A stretch of 64,000 nucleotides of DNA. Origin: Naegleria gruberi (Eukaryota). Each line of letters opens with the position of its first letter. The stretch's first letter is position 1. The stretch lies in the NCBI GenBank assembly GCA_000004985.1, contig GG738885.1, one strand, 5' to 3'. Below the pieces are notes generated by a model. It had not been told where the DNA came from, made no database searches, and was given only the letters and a program-made list of their open reading frames with translations. The position numbers were made by a program, and so were the translations under genes. This document shows, piece after piece, positions 21,181-31,557 of this stretch.

Positions 21181-22869
21181 TTATTTATTGGAAGGAACTT
21201 TGAGAGAATCAAGATTAAGACCTGATTTACTGTCTTGAGCCTTCTTACTCTTTCTCACAGTTGGAAGTTTAATCTTGAGTGATTCCTTCTTTGTCTTTTT
21301 CTGGAATTCAACTGTTTGCTTGAATCGGTGATGGGTGTCAAGCATCAAAATACAAACTTCTCCTTCCACTGGATCGAAAATCATATCACTAAGATGTTCA
21401 TTCTCTCCTGATGCAAACAAATCTAATTGAGTTTTGACCTTGTCAGCTGCATGTTTGTTGATGTTGACAGATTTGTCACCATTGACATCTAGGAAATCAG
21501 TAAAGATTTCAAAAGCAACTTCGTACTTTTTCTTTTCAATTTCAATTAAATCTCTTTCAGTATAACCCTTTTTCTTCTTCTTTTTACCTTGGCTGTCACT
21601 ACTCATTGAAGTTGATGTTGAACCAGTGTCAGAAATGGCATCTGAAAAGGCGACAGTTAGCTCTTGATCATCATACAAGAATACTTGAATTTCAAATGAT
21701 TTCTCACATAAAATCTTGTAATCTGTAATCTTGTCAAGTAACAAGTAATTTTCCAAGCTCATTTCTTGTTTACAATATTCTTTGAATAATTTTCTAAGTT
21801 TGTTATCTCTCATGGTGTCCATAAGCATGTAGGCGTTTGCTTTCTTCAATCTCTTATTGTTGGCATTGTCAGAATTCATGGAAAAGGCAAGTGACATGAT
21901 GACTACTGGAATAACAATGACAATTGACACACAGACAATAATTAATTGCAAAGTGGTCATGGTAGTTGAGAAATCTCTATAGCTAACCTCCAAAGCCTTA
22001 AAATAATCAACAGAAGGCTTGAATTCCACTTCATACCAAGGTAAATAATCTTGATAGGTGTCAGAGCCAATTAAATTCATGGCAGCTGTAAAGTTTCCAG
22101 CTTTGACCATACTAATAGCTTGTCTCTCAACACTCATAGCCTTCACTGTCTTCATATCATAAATTGTTATATTATGTTTGACAGAATATCTCAATTCATT
22201 TGGCATGTATGCCAACATGTTATTAATTTCAGTATTGAACTTGGTTGAGTAATTTCCATAGAGATTGGCATAGCCAAGAGCAACTGTCTTGTTGTTATTG
22301 GCATAGACTGCTGAACGACATGTGTAAACCATCATGTCTCTATAATAGGAAGTGTCAAGATCCATATTTGAAATTGATGTCAATAAATTATTGCTGCCAA
22401 CGTAGCCAACAATAATGACAGTGAGTAATGCGATGAAACCAAGTAGATTAGCAGTTAAACTAGTCAAATTGACAAGCTTGAAGGATGACAGCTTGAGGGT
22501 AGTTCCACAACACATTCTGATGGCAAATAAAGAATTTGACGAGTGACTTGTCCTAGATCCAGTTCCAGATTTCTTATGGGAAGCAACAGAACTCTTCTTT
22601 TTAGACTCTTTAATGATGGTAGAAGCTGCTGGCTCTGTTGCAAAATTTGCTTTTGGTTTTGGACTGGTTGGAGTTGTTGGCGTTTGACATTTTTCCTTGA
22701 CAAGATGATCCATAGAATGACTCGAGCTAGAAAAGGATGAAGAAGCATCACCTGCTGTAAAATTTGTTGGAGTCAAGTAATAATCACAATTATGAACGTC
22801 TATTCCATTCAATTCTTCGATTGCTTTTTGCATGGAACTGTCAGCTGACACTGAAGTTGATTCTTGCAT
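21181..22869 (-). CDS. Two-TM extracytoplasmic-domain protein with C-terminal RGS domain (paralogue of 902..2407)
   Basis: 562-aa ORF with the same order: TM, ~150-aa helical ectodomain, TM, then an RGS domain (KLFKEYCKQEMSLENYLLLDKITDYKILCEKSFEIQ...KKYEVAFEIFTDFLDVNGDKSVNI...VCILMLDTHHRFKQTVEF). Confidence 0.7.
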   Translation of the reverse strand: MQESTSVSADSSMQKAIEELNGIDVHNCDYYLTPTNFTAGDASSSFSSSSHSMDHLVKEKCQTPTTPTSPKPKANFATEPAASTIIKESKKKSSVASHKKSGTGSRTSHSSNSLFAIRMCCGTTLKLSSFKLVNLTSLTANLLGFIALLTVIIVGYVGSNNLLTSISNMDLDTSYYRDMMVYTCRSAVYANNNKTVALGYANLYGNYSTKFNTEINNMLAYMPNELRYSVKHNITIYDMKTVKAMSVERQAISMVKAGNFTAAMNLIGSDTYQDYLPWYEVEFKPSVDYFKALEVSYRDFSTTMTTLQLIIVCVSIVIVIPVVIMSLAFSMNSDNANNKRLKKANAYMLMDTMRDNKLRKLFKEYCKQEMSLENYLLLDKITDYKILCEKSFEIQVFLYDDQELTVAFSDAISDTGSTSTSMSSDSQGKKKKKKGYTERDLIEIEKKKYEVAFEIFTDFLDVNGDKSVNINKHAADKVKTQLDLFASGENEHLSDMIFDPVEGEVCILMLDTHHRFKQTVEFQKKTKKESLKIKLPTVRKSKKAQDSKSGLNLDSLKVPSNK

Positions 22870-23880
22870 GATTGAGTTGTAGATTTGTTTTTTTTGTATG
22901 AGTTAGAGTTAAAAGACTGTATAGATGATGTATATTTAATGTTATTTAATTGTGATCTGTGACTGATGTCAAGATGTTCAATTAGTCGAATAATGAAGTA
23001 AAATGGTCATTGTAAGTTTAATCTGGATATCTTTGTAATGTCCGTTGAATAGGTTGATGTTCAATAATGGATCGTATGATCAGAAATGAAATCTTTATTT
23101 CTATTTTTGGTTTTAGACACTTTCGAATAATGAAATTGTTGCTCCGCTTTTTCATGGAGAAGGAATATTCGAAAGAGTGTTTGTACTCAAGTCTCTTTTT
23201 ATTGTATTTTGGATTTATTTGAGGTATTTTTTATTGTAAAGTGATATCTAGGGTTTCGAATATTTCAGTTGTGTTGAACACTATCGAATAGTTTAGTGAG
23301 GACAACGACCCATTTCGTCTGAATGCTTCATTTGTATTTAAGTGGCAAAATCAAAGTGCATCAAAACAATTGACAGCTGTAGAGGTATTTCTGTAAAGTA
23401 TTTGATTAGTGGCATATTTCTATTTTGTATGAACCAACAGCAATGCGAATAATCCACCAAATTCCAAAAATTGAATAGAAAATTACTGATTTTAATGTAG
23501 TGAGCAAATAAAATCAGTAGATTCTTCATTAAAATACAAATATTAATGTGAACTTGCGCTTTACGAAACTAGAAGAATGTCAGAAAGGCAAAGAGATGTT
23601 GTAAATAATTTTCAGGAAATTAACAATGAAGAATGAAAATATATTGAGAATTGTTACCCAAACTCGACAGTTTGTTACAACTTTTTAGAATAATCTCTAC
23701 TAAATTTCTAAATATGGAATTTTAATTATTAAAATTGGTGCAAGAGTCCAAAATCTCTTTGAAAAAATTCAATATTGAAAGAAATGGAAATTATAGAGTT
23801 AAGAATTATCAATTTTTCGATTAGATTTTAACCTTGTATGTCAGATTTTTGGCAGGTGACTTTGAAAAAAAACAACTGAC

Positions 23881-24129
23881 ATGCCACTTCGTGAAATCCT
23901 CAAAATTTTGATGGAAGATTTCATCCACTCGATGCTGATTTCCACCATTGTTGTGGACATCTTTGGTTCGAGTAACCAAAGCGAATCCTTTCAAATGCCA
24001 AACCATTACTCAATTCCAAATTGTGACATTTCCCATATTGAGAAATGTATTAATCCGTCCATTGTTATCGTTAATTTACATTTTCATCAGACGATCTTTG
24101 ATATCAAGTACTATAAACTTAAAAGTTAG
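23881..24129 (+). CDS. Small ORF (82 aa) of a 2-member family ending ...VIVNLHFHQTIFDIKY
   Basis: Paralogue of 31084..31338. The conserved C-terminal ~40 codons differ almost only at synonymous sites. Hydrophobic N-terminus. Confidence 0.4.
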   Translation: MPLREILKILMEDFIHSMLISTIVVDIFGSSNQSESFQMPNHYSIPNCDISHIEKCINPSIVIVNLHFHQTIFDIKYYKLKS

Positions 24130-24445
24130 GAAAGATTCTCAAAGAGTTTCGAAAACATTTGGTGAGTTTCCATTAGAGTTCAACAGTAAGGTAAATGATC
24201 AATTGCCATATATGAAGGAGAGACTTTGGAATTATAAAAACTCCAGGCTGTTGTAATTTTTTCTTCCAGATTGCAAATCTTATCTTTGGTAATGTTCTTG
24301 TTTCGTCCAATCAACAAGAAAATAACCCTAAGAGTGGATGTAGTTGGTGGTGTAGCCGGTAGCCGGTTACAGCCGGATGGTAGTGCGGGTAGTCGGAAGC
24401 TGTTGAATACACCTTCAAAGCCAAAAATTAATAAAAGTTCTATTT

Positions 24446-27013
24446 TTAAAATTTAACTTTATGGAAATTCATGAAAAACGAGTATTGGTTGAACATTTCT
24501 TTGCCAGCAATATTATGAATCAAACATTTACCAATTATTTGATTTAGTGCAACATAGCCTGTTGTTACATGAATGTTTGAATCAATTAATCTATATCCAA
24601 TAATTGGATGAACCGAAGAGAGACACTTTTTGATGTTGGTGAAATATACTCTTTGCTCTTTAACCTCAACAAATTGACCAACAAGTAAGGAACCATCCTT
24701 TGCCTTAAATAAAATAAATTCTTTGTTTTGTACAATTGGAATCCATTTCTTGTTTTCAGATTGATTTCTTACCCAAGGATAATTGATGTTAATTTGTTTT
24801 TGAAGTTTTTCAAAATTCGCTCCTCGTTGTTCTAAATTTTTGTGATTGGAAGAGTCATTAAATTGTTTGAAAACTTTGTGTTTCAATTCAAAAAGCAATG
24901 CCCAGAAGAACCTGGCATTTCCCCACTTCAAACAATCTTCAAAAATATGAGAATTCCAATGAAAATTAGGATTTGTAAAATTACCATTACCATATAGGGA
25001 AATGACTTGTTTCCTGAAATTGAAATGTTTCAATTTTGCAATTTCAATATTTGAAGGTGAAACCAAATCTTGAATCAAAGAAAGTACGTATTCTACGTGA
25101 TTTGACCAACATATTATATGTTTCTTCTTCAAACTGAATGAAACATCACAGTGATTCTTATTATTAATAAGAAAATCATACATAATTGGGCAACTAAAAA
25201 CCACGAATTCCAAAAAATGATCTGCTGAACAATCATTGTAATCTTTTGCAATCATTTTCAAAGGTTTACCATGATTGTTTGTATACTTGTCCATAACAGA
25301 CTGAAAATCACTTAAAATGTTGGTGTAATTGAAATATTTGAAAAATTTTTTAAGGTGTCTCCTTAAATCACCTTGAATAGAACCATGCATTAATTCAACA
25401 GTTGAATTTTCAAAAATATCACAATCCTTAATTTGTAAAAACGGACACTTCATTTGAGTATTGTTACTTTGTCGAACTTTTTCTTTTACCTGTTTGGATT
25501 TTTTGGACTTGGAATCAATCTGCATATCTTTGATTTGAATATCAGCGACTGTAATAAACTTGTAGCCATTACATGAGGTACCAATTGATAATTTTTGTTG
25601 CATTTCAATTGCTTCAGTAACAGTTCTTAAAGGATAGACTAAAGGTGTTGAAATGTCATTAGGACATTTACAATAATCTCCTTTTGGGCATTTACATTTA
25701 GAACATGTATAGCTTTCAAGAAATAATGATAGCCATCTTTGTACAGAATCCCAAATCCAAGGACCTATTAGAATTCGAATCTTTTCAATTGAATCAGTGT
25801 AAGAGTTATAAACATCAATTGATTTTCCATTAATTTCATTCAACTCTTCAACTAGTTTTGTTGCTAATTTGAATTGGGAAATATTTGTTTTTGAATTTCC
25901 TAGTAATGAAATTGATTCCATATTCGAAGTAAGAAAGCTTCGATTAAAATTCAATAAGGTGAAATATAATCCTGCTGTTTTGTCTGTACCTGTTCTATGT
26001 TTTCTAAATTCATCAATATAATACATAATGACAATTGGTGTTTCGTCTGATGAACATTTCTTTTTCAATTCTTGAAATCCTTTTGATGCGTATGGTTCAT
26101 AATCGAATAATGGTTCTTTTGTTAAATCCTCTGGCTTATTACCATTATGTATCTTTTTTGCAATAAAAGGATCTGCATATAAATATTTGATACAATTTAC
26201 AACACCATAGTATACATATTGGTCCTGTTCAGTATCATTTTCATCAATTATTGGTTGTTGAGTTTTGAAATATTTACATCTGGTTTGAATTTGATCGTAT
26301 GAAAGACATTCTTGACCACATAATTTCAGTATTTCAGTTGTATAATTGTATTGTTCTTTTGTAAACTGTTTGGATTTCAACATCATGAAACTATGCCATT
26401 CTAATTCATTAGCGAATGGAGCAAACTTATTTGAAGGATCAGTTACTTTGTATGGGTTGTTGACAGAAAAATTTTCTAAAACTAAATCTTCAATATCTTC
26501 ATAAGGATTGACATCTTTCAAATTGATATCAGTATCATTTTGAATTTGTGAGATTTTCCACTTAATATCTGTTAGCTCTGTATTTTTATCAATTGGTGTC
26601 CATGTTGATTCAAAACCTCCACACTCCAATGTATGATGTTTAAAATTGATATGATCAACATATTCCTCCATTGTGGTGTAATGTTTATCACAACACACTT
26701 TTGGAAACTTGATGGAATGTTCTTTTGTAATATGTTTCAACAACGTTTCAGATTTGACACAACTATAATCACATAAACAACATCCAAGTTTTTCCTTAGT
26801 AAAATTTTTACACTCAGAGTTTTCACAGTTACATTTAATTTGAATCTTGAATTTTGCACTTGAAATTGGTTGGTAAAATACTGTGTGTAAAGATTTCTTG
26901 CAAGAATCACAGCGTCTTTCAAAATAGATACCTTGTTCCTTGTTATTTTGTAAAGACATTTTTTTTCGTCTAAAAACTGGCTTTCGACTGAAAATTCGAA
27001 TCAAAAAAAACAC
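24446..27013 (-). CDS. Transposase-like protein (CACTA/En-Spm 'Transposase_21'/KDZ-type core), 855 aa
   Basis: Cys-rich N-terminus (CDSCKK...CNCENSECKNF...CCLCDYSC). Core region IVIMYYIDEFRKHRTGTDKTAGLYFTLLNFNRSFLTSNMESISLLGNSK resembles the DGF...S.WPV.L...NLPP..R.....L..L.PGPK block of CACTA transposases. Further CxC motifs (YTCSKCKCPKGDYCKC) and an H-rich block occur downstream. The likely start is the second Met (MSLQNN...). Confidence 0.55.
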   Translation of the reverse strand: MFFLIRIFSRKPVFRRKKMSLQNNKEQGIYFERRCDSCKKSLHTVFYQPISSAKFKIQIKCNCENSECKNFTKEKLGCCLCDYSCVKSETLLKHITKEHSIKFPKVCCDKHYTTMEEYVDHINFKHHTLECGGFESTWTPIDKNTELTDIKWKISQIQNDTDINLKDVNPYEDIEDLVLENFSVNNPYKVTDPSNKFAPFANELEWHSFMMLKSKQFTKEQYNYTTEILKLCGQECLSYDQIQTRCKYFKTQQPIIDENDTEQDQYVYYGVVNCIKYLYADPFIAKKIHNGNKPEDLTKEPLFDYEPYASKGFQELKKKCSSDETPIVIMYYIDEFRKHRTGTDKTAGLYFTLLNFNRSFLTSNMESISLLGNSKTNISQFKLATKLVEELNEINGKSIDVYNSYTDSIEKIRILIGPWIWDSVQRWLSLFLESYTCSKCKCPKGDYCKCPNDISTPLVYPLRTVTEAIEMQQKLSIGTSCNGYKFITVADIQIKDMQIDSKSKKSKQVKEKVRQSNNTQMKCPFLQIKDCDIFENSTVELMHGSIQGDLRRHLKKFFKYFNYTNILSDFQSVMDKYTNNHGKPLKMIAKDYNDCSADHFLEFVVFSCPIMYDFLINNKNHCDVSFSLKKKHIICWSNHVEYVLSLIQDLVSPSNIEIAKLKHFNFRKQVISLYGNGNFTNPNFHWNSHIFEDCLKWGNARFFWALLFELKHKVFKQFNDSSNHKNLEQRGANFEKLQKQININYPWVRNQSENKKWIPIVQNKEFILFKAKDGSLLVGQFVEVKEQRVYFTNIKKCLSSVHPIIGYRLIDSNIHVTTGYVALNQIIGKCLIHNIAGKEMFNQYSFFMNFHKVKF

Positions 27014-27018
27014 AATAA

Positions 27019-27958
27019 ATGCCAGGTAAGTACTTCCACATCAACCTTGTAACTTTTCCATCAACTGCCAATTTTACATCATTTCAGCATCATCACCATC
27101 AGTAAAAGTAAGTAGTTTAGCACCATTTATTCAACATAAATTATTCTAATAACAAAGAAGAAGACTAAATTAACCATAACATGTTTACCAGAAGCCACAT
27201 ATGAAAAGTTGGCTGACTGTTATCCCAAGGCTGCAGTGGGATGGAAGGATACTCAACGAGCGTAAGTAAGCAAATTGTTAGTTATTTATTTGATTTTATA
27301 TAGACTAAAAAGAGAAGTTATGCAATGTATTCGAATTTACTGTAAGCGAAAAGGGATTCCCCAAAATGATACTGCCATGAGTTCATGTAAAGATTGTCTG
27401 CAATTAACTTTTGGTGAAACATTGTTCAGAAAACATGTTAATGGATTGTCAACGGATACATATAAATACGTGCAAAGTATGTAAGTGAAGTTTATCCTTA
27501 AATTATTTATTAATTATTTTCCAACAATTAATTAGAGCTATTGTTATGTCAGTAAGATATTCAGCAATCTGTGGAGTTCTTTTAAAAGAAAGAGTCTAAT
27601 AGAATTAAAGAAAAAAGAGAAGCCAAAAAGAAAGAAGAATTCCAATGTAGAAGTTTCTAATATAGAAGGGGTTCCATCCTCAATTCAAGCAACAGCTATT
27701 CAACCTTCTACCTCTTCACCAACAAGAGAACATGTCAGAGCCAACAATGGTCAATTCTCTTCATTGCAGAGCTATGTTGCAGAAGATGAACAAGTTGTTT
27801 TTTTAACACTTGTTAAAGATTGGATCAAAAAACCTGACACAAGAGCAACACAACCTTCAGCAGACGCAATTAATTTGCTTGATATGGAATCAGATGGTGC
27901 AGATCTTTATTCAGATAATGGTCAATCAGACTCAGAAGAAGCACAACAATTGTAAATA
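27019..27958 (+). CDS. 5-exon gene encoding a basic Cys-containing N-terminal module and acidic C-terminal tail (putative transposon accessory/DNA-binding protein)
   Basis: GTAAGT donors and (T)nAG acceptors give MPASSPS(VK)|KKTKLTITCLPEATYEKLADCYPKAAVGWKDTQRA|LKREVMQCIRIYCKRKGIPQNDTAMSSCKDCLQLTFGETLFRKHVNGLSTDTYKYVQSI|KIFSNLWSSFKRK...VAEDEQVVFLTLVKDWIKK...SDNGQSDSEEAQQL*. Frames are open only across the proposed exons. The tiny first exon (ATGCCAG) is the weakest part. Confidence 0.5.
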
Positions 27959-28059
27959 AATAAATCAGTTTTACTCAAATTATGAAAATTGTAATGGTCA
28001 ACAGAGTAAATTAAGGGAAACTTTCAGTCAAATACCAACACACTAAAAGCCGCATAGAA

Positions 28060-28140
28060 ACTGAATGTTCACCGAATAGTCACTGAATGTTTACCATATA
28101 ATAACTGAATGGTTACTGAATATTTATTGAATAGTTACCC
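28060..28140. repeat. Degenerate tandem repeat, 6 units of ~ACTGAATRKTTAC
   Basis: gaatgttcacc gaatagtc actgaatgtttacc ... actgaatggtt actgaatatttattgaatagttaccc. Confidence 0.5.
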
Positions 28141-28938
28141 ACCAATTTCATTCCTTTACCCAACAATCAACCGACTACCAACCAACTAACACTGAACTAA
28201 AACGGTCAGGAGAGTATGGGCTGATATTCGATTAATTTCTGGAAAATCGTTCAGTTGTTTTCGGAAACAAGTTGGGGAAAATTAGGGTTGTAGTCGGTGA
28301 TAGTAGGGTTGTGGATGGGGTTTAGACGGAACATAGCCAACTAAAAACCAACTATAACACTGTCTATTACCCAAGTACTCCACTCTTAGGACAAGGATAC
28401 GCCACAACAATGCATCCTTGAATAATAATAGTAGCATGCTCATTATTGGAATAACAGGTGTGGATTCGGAATAGTGGATTTTGCTTGAATTCTTCAGAGG
28501 TAAATTACAAGAAATTCTCTGGGGATGAATCGTTATAATTTAACCAATTCGTTGAATTGCTGATCTTAACATTAAATAATCTGTATGGAATGGATCCACT
28601 AATCTCTTGTTGCATCACCATTTGAATCTCCATAGGAAATGGTTAAAATCTCTTCATCATTAAGAGAGTCGTTATATTTTTTTTAAGGCGCGAAATTCTT
28701 TTTCGCAAGTTGTATAATTCTGGAATGTTTCTAGTTGATGTACACAAATCATTGTACTATCCATGGAAGGAGACCTTGGAAATGACGAGTATAAGATAAG
28801 CTGTAGTGACACAATCAGGATGTGCTCAATACTCTCCATAGAATAACTAACAGCATGGTTTCATGAAATGGAATGTGGACTACACTTGCAATATGCTGGT
28901 CATCAACTGCATCACGTCTTGTGTTGGGGTGCTTCGCT

Positions 28939-29543
28939 TTAAGTGTTTATTAAGGTAAGGTTCATTTTACGACTTTGCCATTTAGAAGCGGTAATGCCAA
29001 GATCAACAGCATAGGACAAGATACGGAGTGCCATATTCTTTTGAATTGTTTTTAGAGTTCCACCTTCATCGACCTTAAACTTCTTCTCATTTTCATCACT
29101 GGTGCTGACCATTGGAAAAACAACTCCATTCTTGAATGTTGAGGTAATTAATTTCTGGATTTCTTCAAATTCTGGACTCTCTGAAAGCCCTGCTAACAAC
29201 TGACCTTCATCTTTAACTGTTTCGAAGGTGGATCCCTTCCAATTCAAGATAACTCCTTCAAAACCCAAATAACGACTGGAATAATTGTCAAATTTGGTTA
29301 TCACAAACATTATTCTAATTGAATGAAGTTCAACACATTGTCGATTTTTCCAGCCAAAATTTTCTTGAATTCTTCAATTGATTTGACATGGGCAACATCT
29401 ATTGTAAAGATAACCAACTGAATTCTATTCTCTTCATCGTGATTGTTTGGAATAGTTTCACTTCCGAGAAATTGTTTTTTTGGATCAATAAGGCCCCTGA
29501 ATAAGTGTTCAAAATAATTCTTGGCAGGTTCTTTTTGAATCAC
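28939..29543 (-). CDS. Hypothetical protein split into two abutting ORFs (77 aa + 123 aa) by a frame break at 29310 (TAATG)
   Basis: ORFs 29310..29543 and 28939..29310 are same-strand and overlap by one base at the TAATG junction (stop TAA 29310-29312, start ATG 29308-29310). No GT..AG pair is available for an intron. This points to an indel or assembly error near the scaffold gap, or to a pseudogene. Confidence 0.35.
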
Positions 29544-29555
29544 ACCATTTGTTTT

Positions 29556-29650
29556 TAAGGTGTTGATGAATCACGTTTCGGATTTCTTTGTAATGAATCA
29601 CGTTCAGAATTTTGGAATGGATCACGTTTCGAATCTAATTGAAAGTAACA
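29556..29650. repeat. Three tandem ~27-bp repeats sharing (G)ATGAATCACGTTYSGRAT
   Basis: gatgaatcacgtttcggatttctttgta / atgaatcacgttcagaattttggaatg / gatcacgtttcgaatctaattg. The block lies just upstream of the start of the 29543 minus-strand ORF. Confidence 0.5.
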
Positions 29651-29790
29651 TGACAACAAGCTTGTTTCAAACAAGAAAACAAAAAATGGGATCAACAACA
29701 TCTACCCTCTATTACTATGCAGAAAACGATGATTTCGATCGTATTCAAAAGAAATCTCTAACAGTTATTATTATGATGCATCTGGTATTT

Positions 29791-29840
29791 NNNNNNNNNN
29801 NNNNNNNNNNNNNNNNNNNNNNNNNNNNNNNNNNNNNNNN
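29791..29840. other. Assembly gap (run of 50 N)
   Basis: Literal n characters. Flanking annotations are unreliable. Confidence 1.
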
Positions 29841-31083
29841 GGAATTAGGTATACGTGGAAAGAAGACATGTTAAAGGAATTCTTGAAAAAGGATGAAACT
29901 AGTTGATGTTTCTTCTTGCACTGATAGGATTCTTTGCTTTGGTGATTTCTTTATTGATTTCTGCAGAATCAAATGCTCCAAATCCAGAAACAAAAGTTGA
30001 CAATGAAATCCATAAGAATAACACAAGCCAGATTACAATCACGTTTGCCACTAAAGATATAGATTGGATAAACTGTCAATCATGAAACAAAGACTGAAAC
30101 CAGCCCTTCAAATAATAGCCCTTCCACAGATTTGAATCTTCCAAGTAATGGTAAAGAAGAATTAAATCAACAAGACAATTGCCCTGAAATCTCCAATGAA
30201 AGTAATCCTCCTTTAGATAATGGCCCTTCCACCAATTTGAACCAAATAAGCACTAACCAAGTTTCGAATCAACAAGAAATAATCGGTAATAGAGAAGGGA
30301 GAGAGATGGCCATAAAATTATTATAGAACAAATCTCTTGTCCAAATAAAAATTATGACATGGTGCTCAAGTTTTGAAAAATTGTCACTTTTACAATGTGA
30401 AATTAAAATCTCATAAAATTGAGCAAGTGACATGGCTCCACGAAATGAAGAGTATCATTATATCACCAAGAGAACATTTCAGGGAATTTTTTACAAATTT
30501 AAATAATTTGTAAGAAAGGTAAGATTCGAATTTGTTGAACAAACAAATAAATAATTAAATTATTATTGTTCGTGCCATGAATTGCACTTTCGCATACATC
30601 ACAGTGTTGGAACCATTCGTAAATGGCTCGTAATGGACATGTAGATACCTTTTTTGTTATCTGAAACATTGTTTTCGTATGGATAGCAAATATCTCATAG
30701 TTCATTTGCCATTTATATGCTAAGCGAGCTTTTTGGATAGTGCGAGGACTCTGGTGATTGCAAGGGAGATTTCAAGGATACAAACTTTCGAATAATACTA
30801 TTGGAAAGGATCATAATTAGAATGTTTTTTTGTTTCAATCAAAAATGATTAACTGACAAAGATTTGATATTAACATTCGAGGTTGACAACAAGAATGCAA
30901 TTCATTCAATATTTGATATAATTGTTAATAGTATTCGTTTGGGAGATTGTCGAATATTAATATTCGAAACTCCATGTTTAAGCAAGGTCCAAAAATGCTT
31001 GGTATTGAAATTAAATACAAACAACTTTACCCCATTTGTCCTATGCGAATCCTTCAATCAATTGAAAAAAAAGAAACCACATC

Positions 31084-31338
31084 ATGCTTCTCCACAATCT
31101 ATTCGAAACTCTTATAACTAATCTTCTACTCTCCATTTACATGTCAACCATAATAGACTTGGATTTTATAGAAGAAGCCCACGAGTATACAATATCAAAT
31201 TTTTCAAATATTGGTAATTACTCTTTACCTAATGGTGACATTTTCCAAATTGAGAAATTAAGTGATCCTTCCATGGTTATTGTAAACTTGCATTTCCATC
31301 AGACGATATTTGATATCAAATATTTTCAAATGCTGTGA
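31084..31338 (+). CDS. Small ORF (84 aa), second member of the ...VIVNLHFHQTIFDIKY family
   Basis: C-terminal YSLPNGDIFQIEKLSDPSMVIVNLHFHQTIFDIKYFQML compares with YSIPNCDISHIEKCINPSIVIVNLHFHQTIFDIKYYKL at 23881..24129. DNA differences in the shared block are almost all third-codon-position changes. Confidence 0.4.
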   Translation: MLLHNLFETLITNLLLSIYMSTIIDLDFIEEAHEYTISNFSNIGNYSLPNGDIFQIEKLSDPSMVIVNLHFHQTIFDIKYFQML

Positions 31339-31557
31339 GAACAAGTAGTGGATGCAACCAAGGATTTTTTGAATATTACAATGTAAATAACGAACGGTAT
31401 TTTTCAAGATGAGGAAAGTACAATAACAAACCTTCAAAATAAATCAAATTCTAACAAATGTCGAACAATAAGTTTTTATCCAAAATACATCAAGTTCTCT
31501 ACTTGAGATTAAGGAACGAGATCGTTCATTACGAAAATTCATATTCAGAACAATGTA

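Larger units (their letters stand above)
24319..28392. mobile_element. Putative DNA transposon (~4.1 kb): CACTA/KDZ-like transposase + divergently transcribed accessory gene, flanked by GC-rich GTAGYCGG subterminal motif clusters and a 12-bp inverted repeat (CCTAAGAGTGGA)
   Basis: Left end ...ccctaagagtggatgtag (24319-24336), followed by gtagccggtagccggttacagccggatggtagtgcgggtagtcgg. Right end ...ggttgtagtcggtgatagtagggttgtggatgggg (28295-28330), followed by the inverted ccactcttagg (28381-28391). Both GC-rich blocks stand out from the AT-rich surroundings. Confidence 0.4.

Noticed and set aside
28285-28300. TTAGGG-containing sequence (aaattagggttgtag...)
   Set aside because: It is a single hexamer inside the GTAGYCGG-type block, not a telomeric array.
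30499-30705. 68-aa minus ORF with C..C...H motif (CPLRAIYEWFQHCDVCESAIHG)
   Set aside because: It is too short and isolated to support as a zinc-finger gene without expression or conservation evidence.
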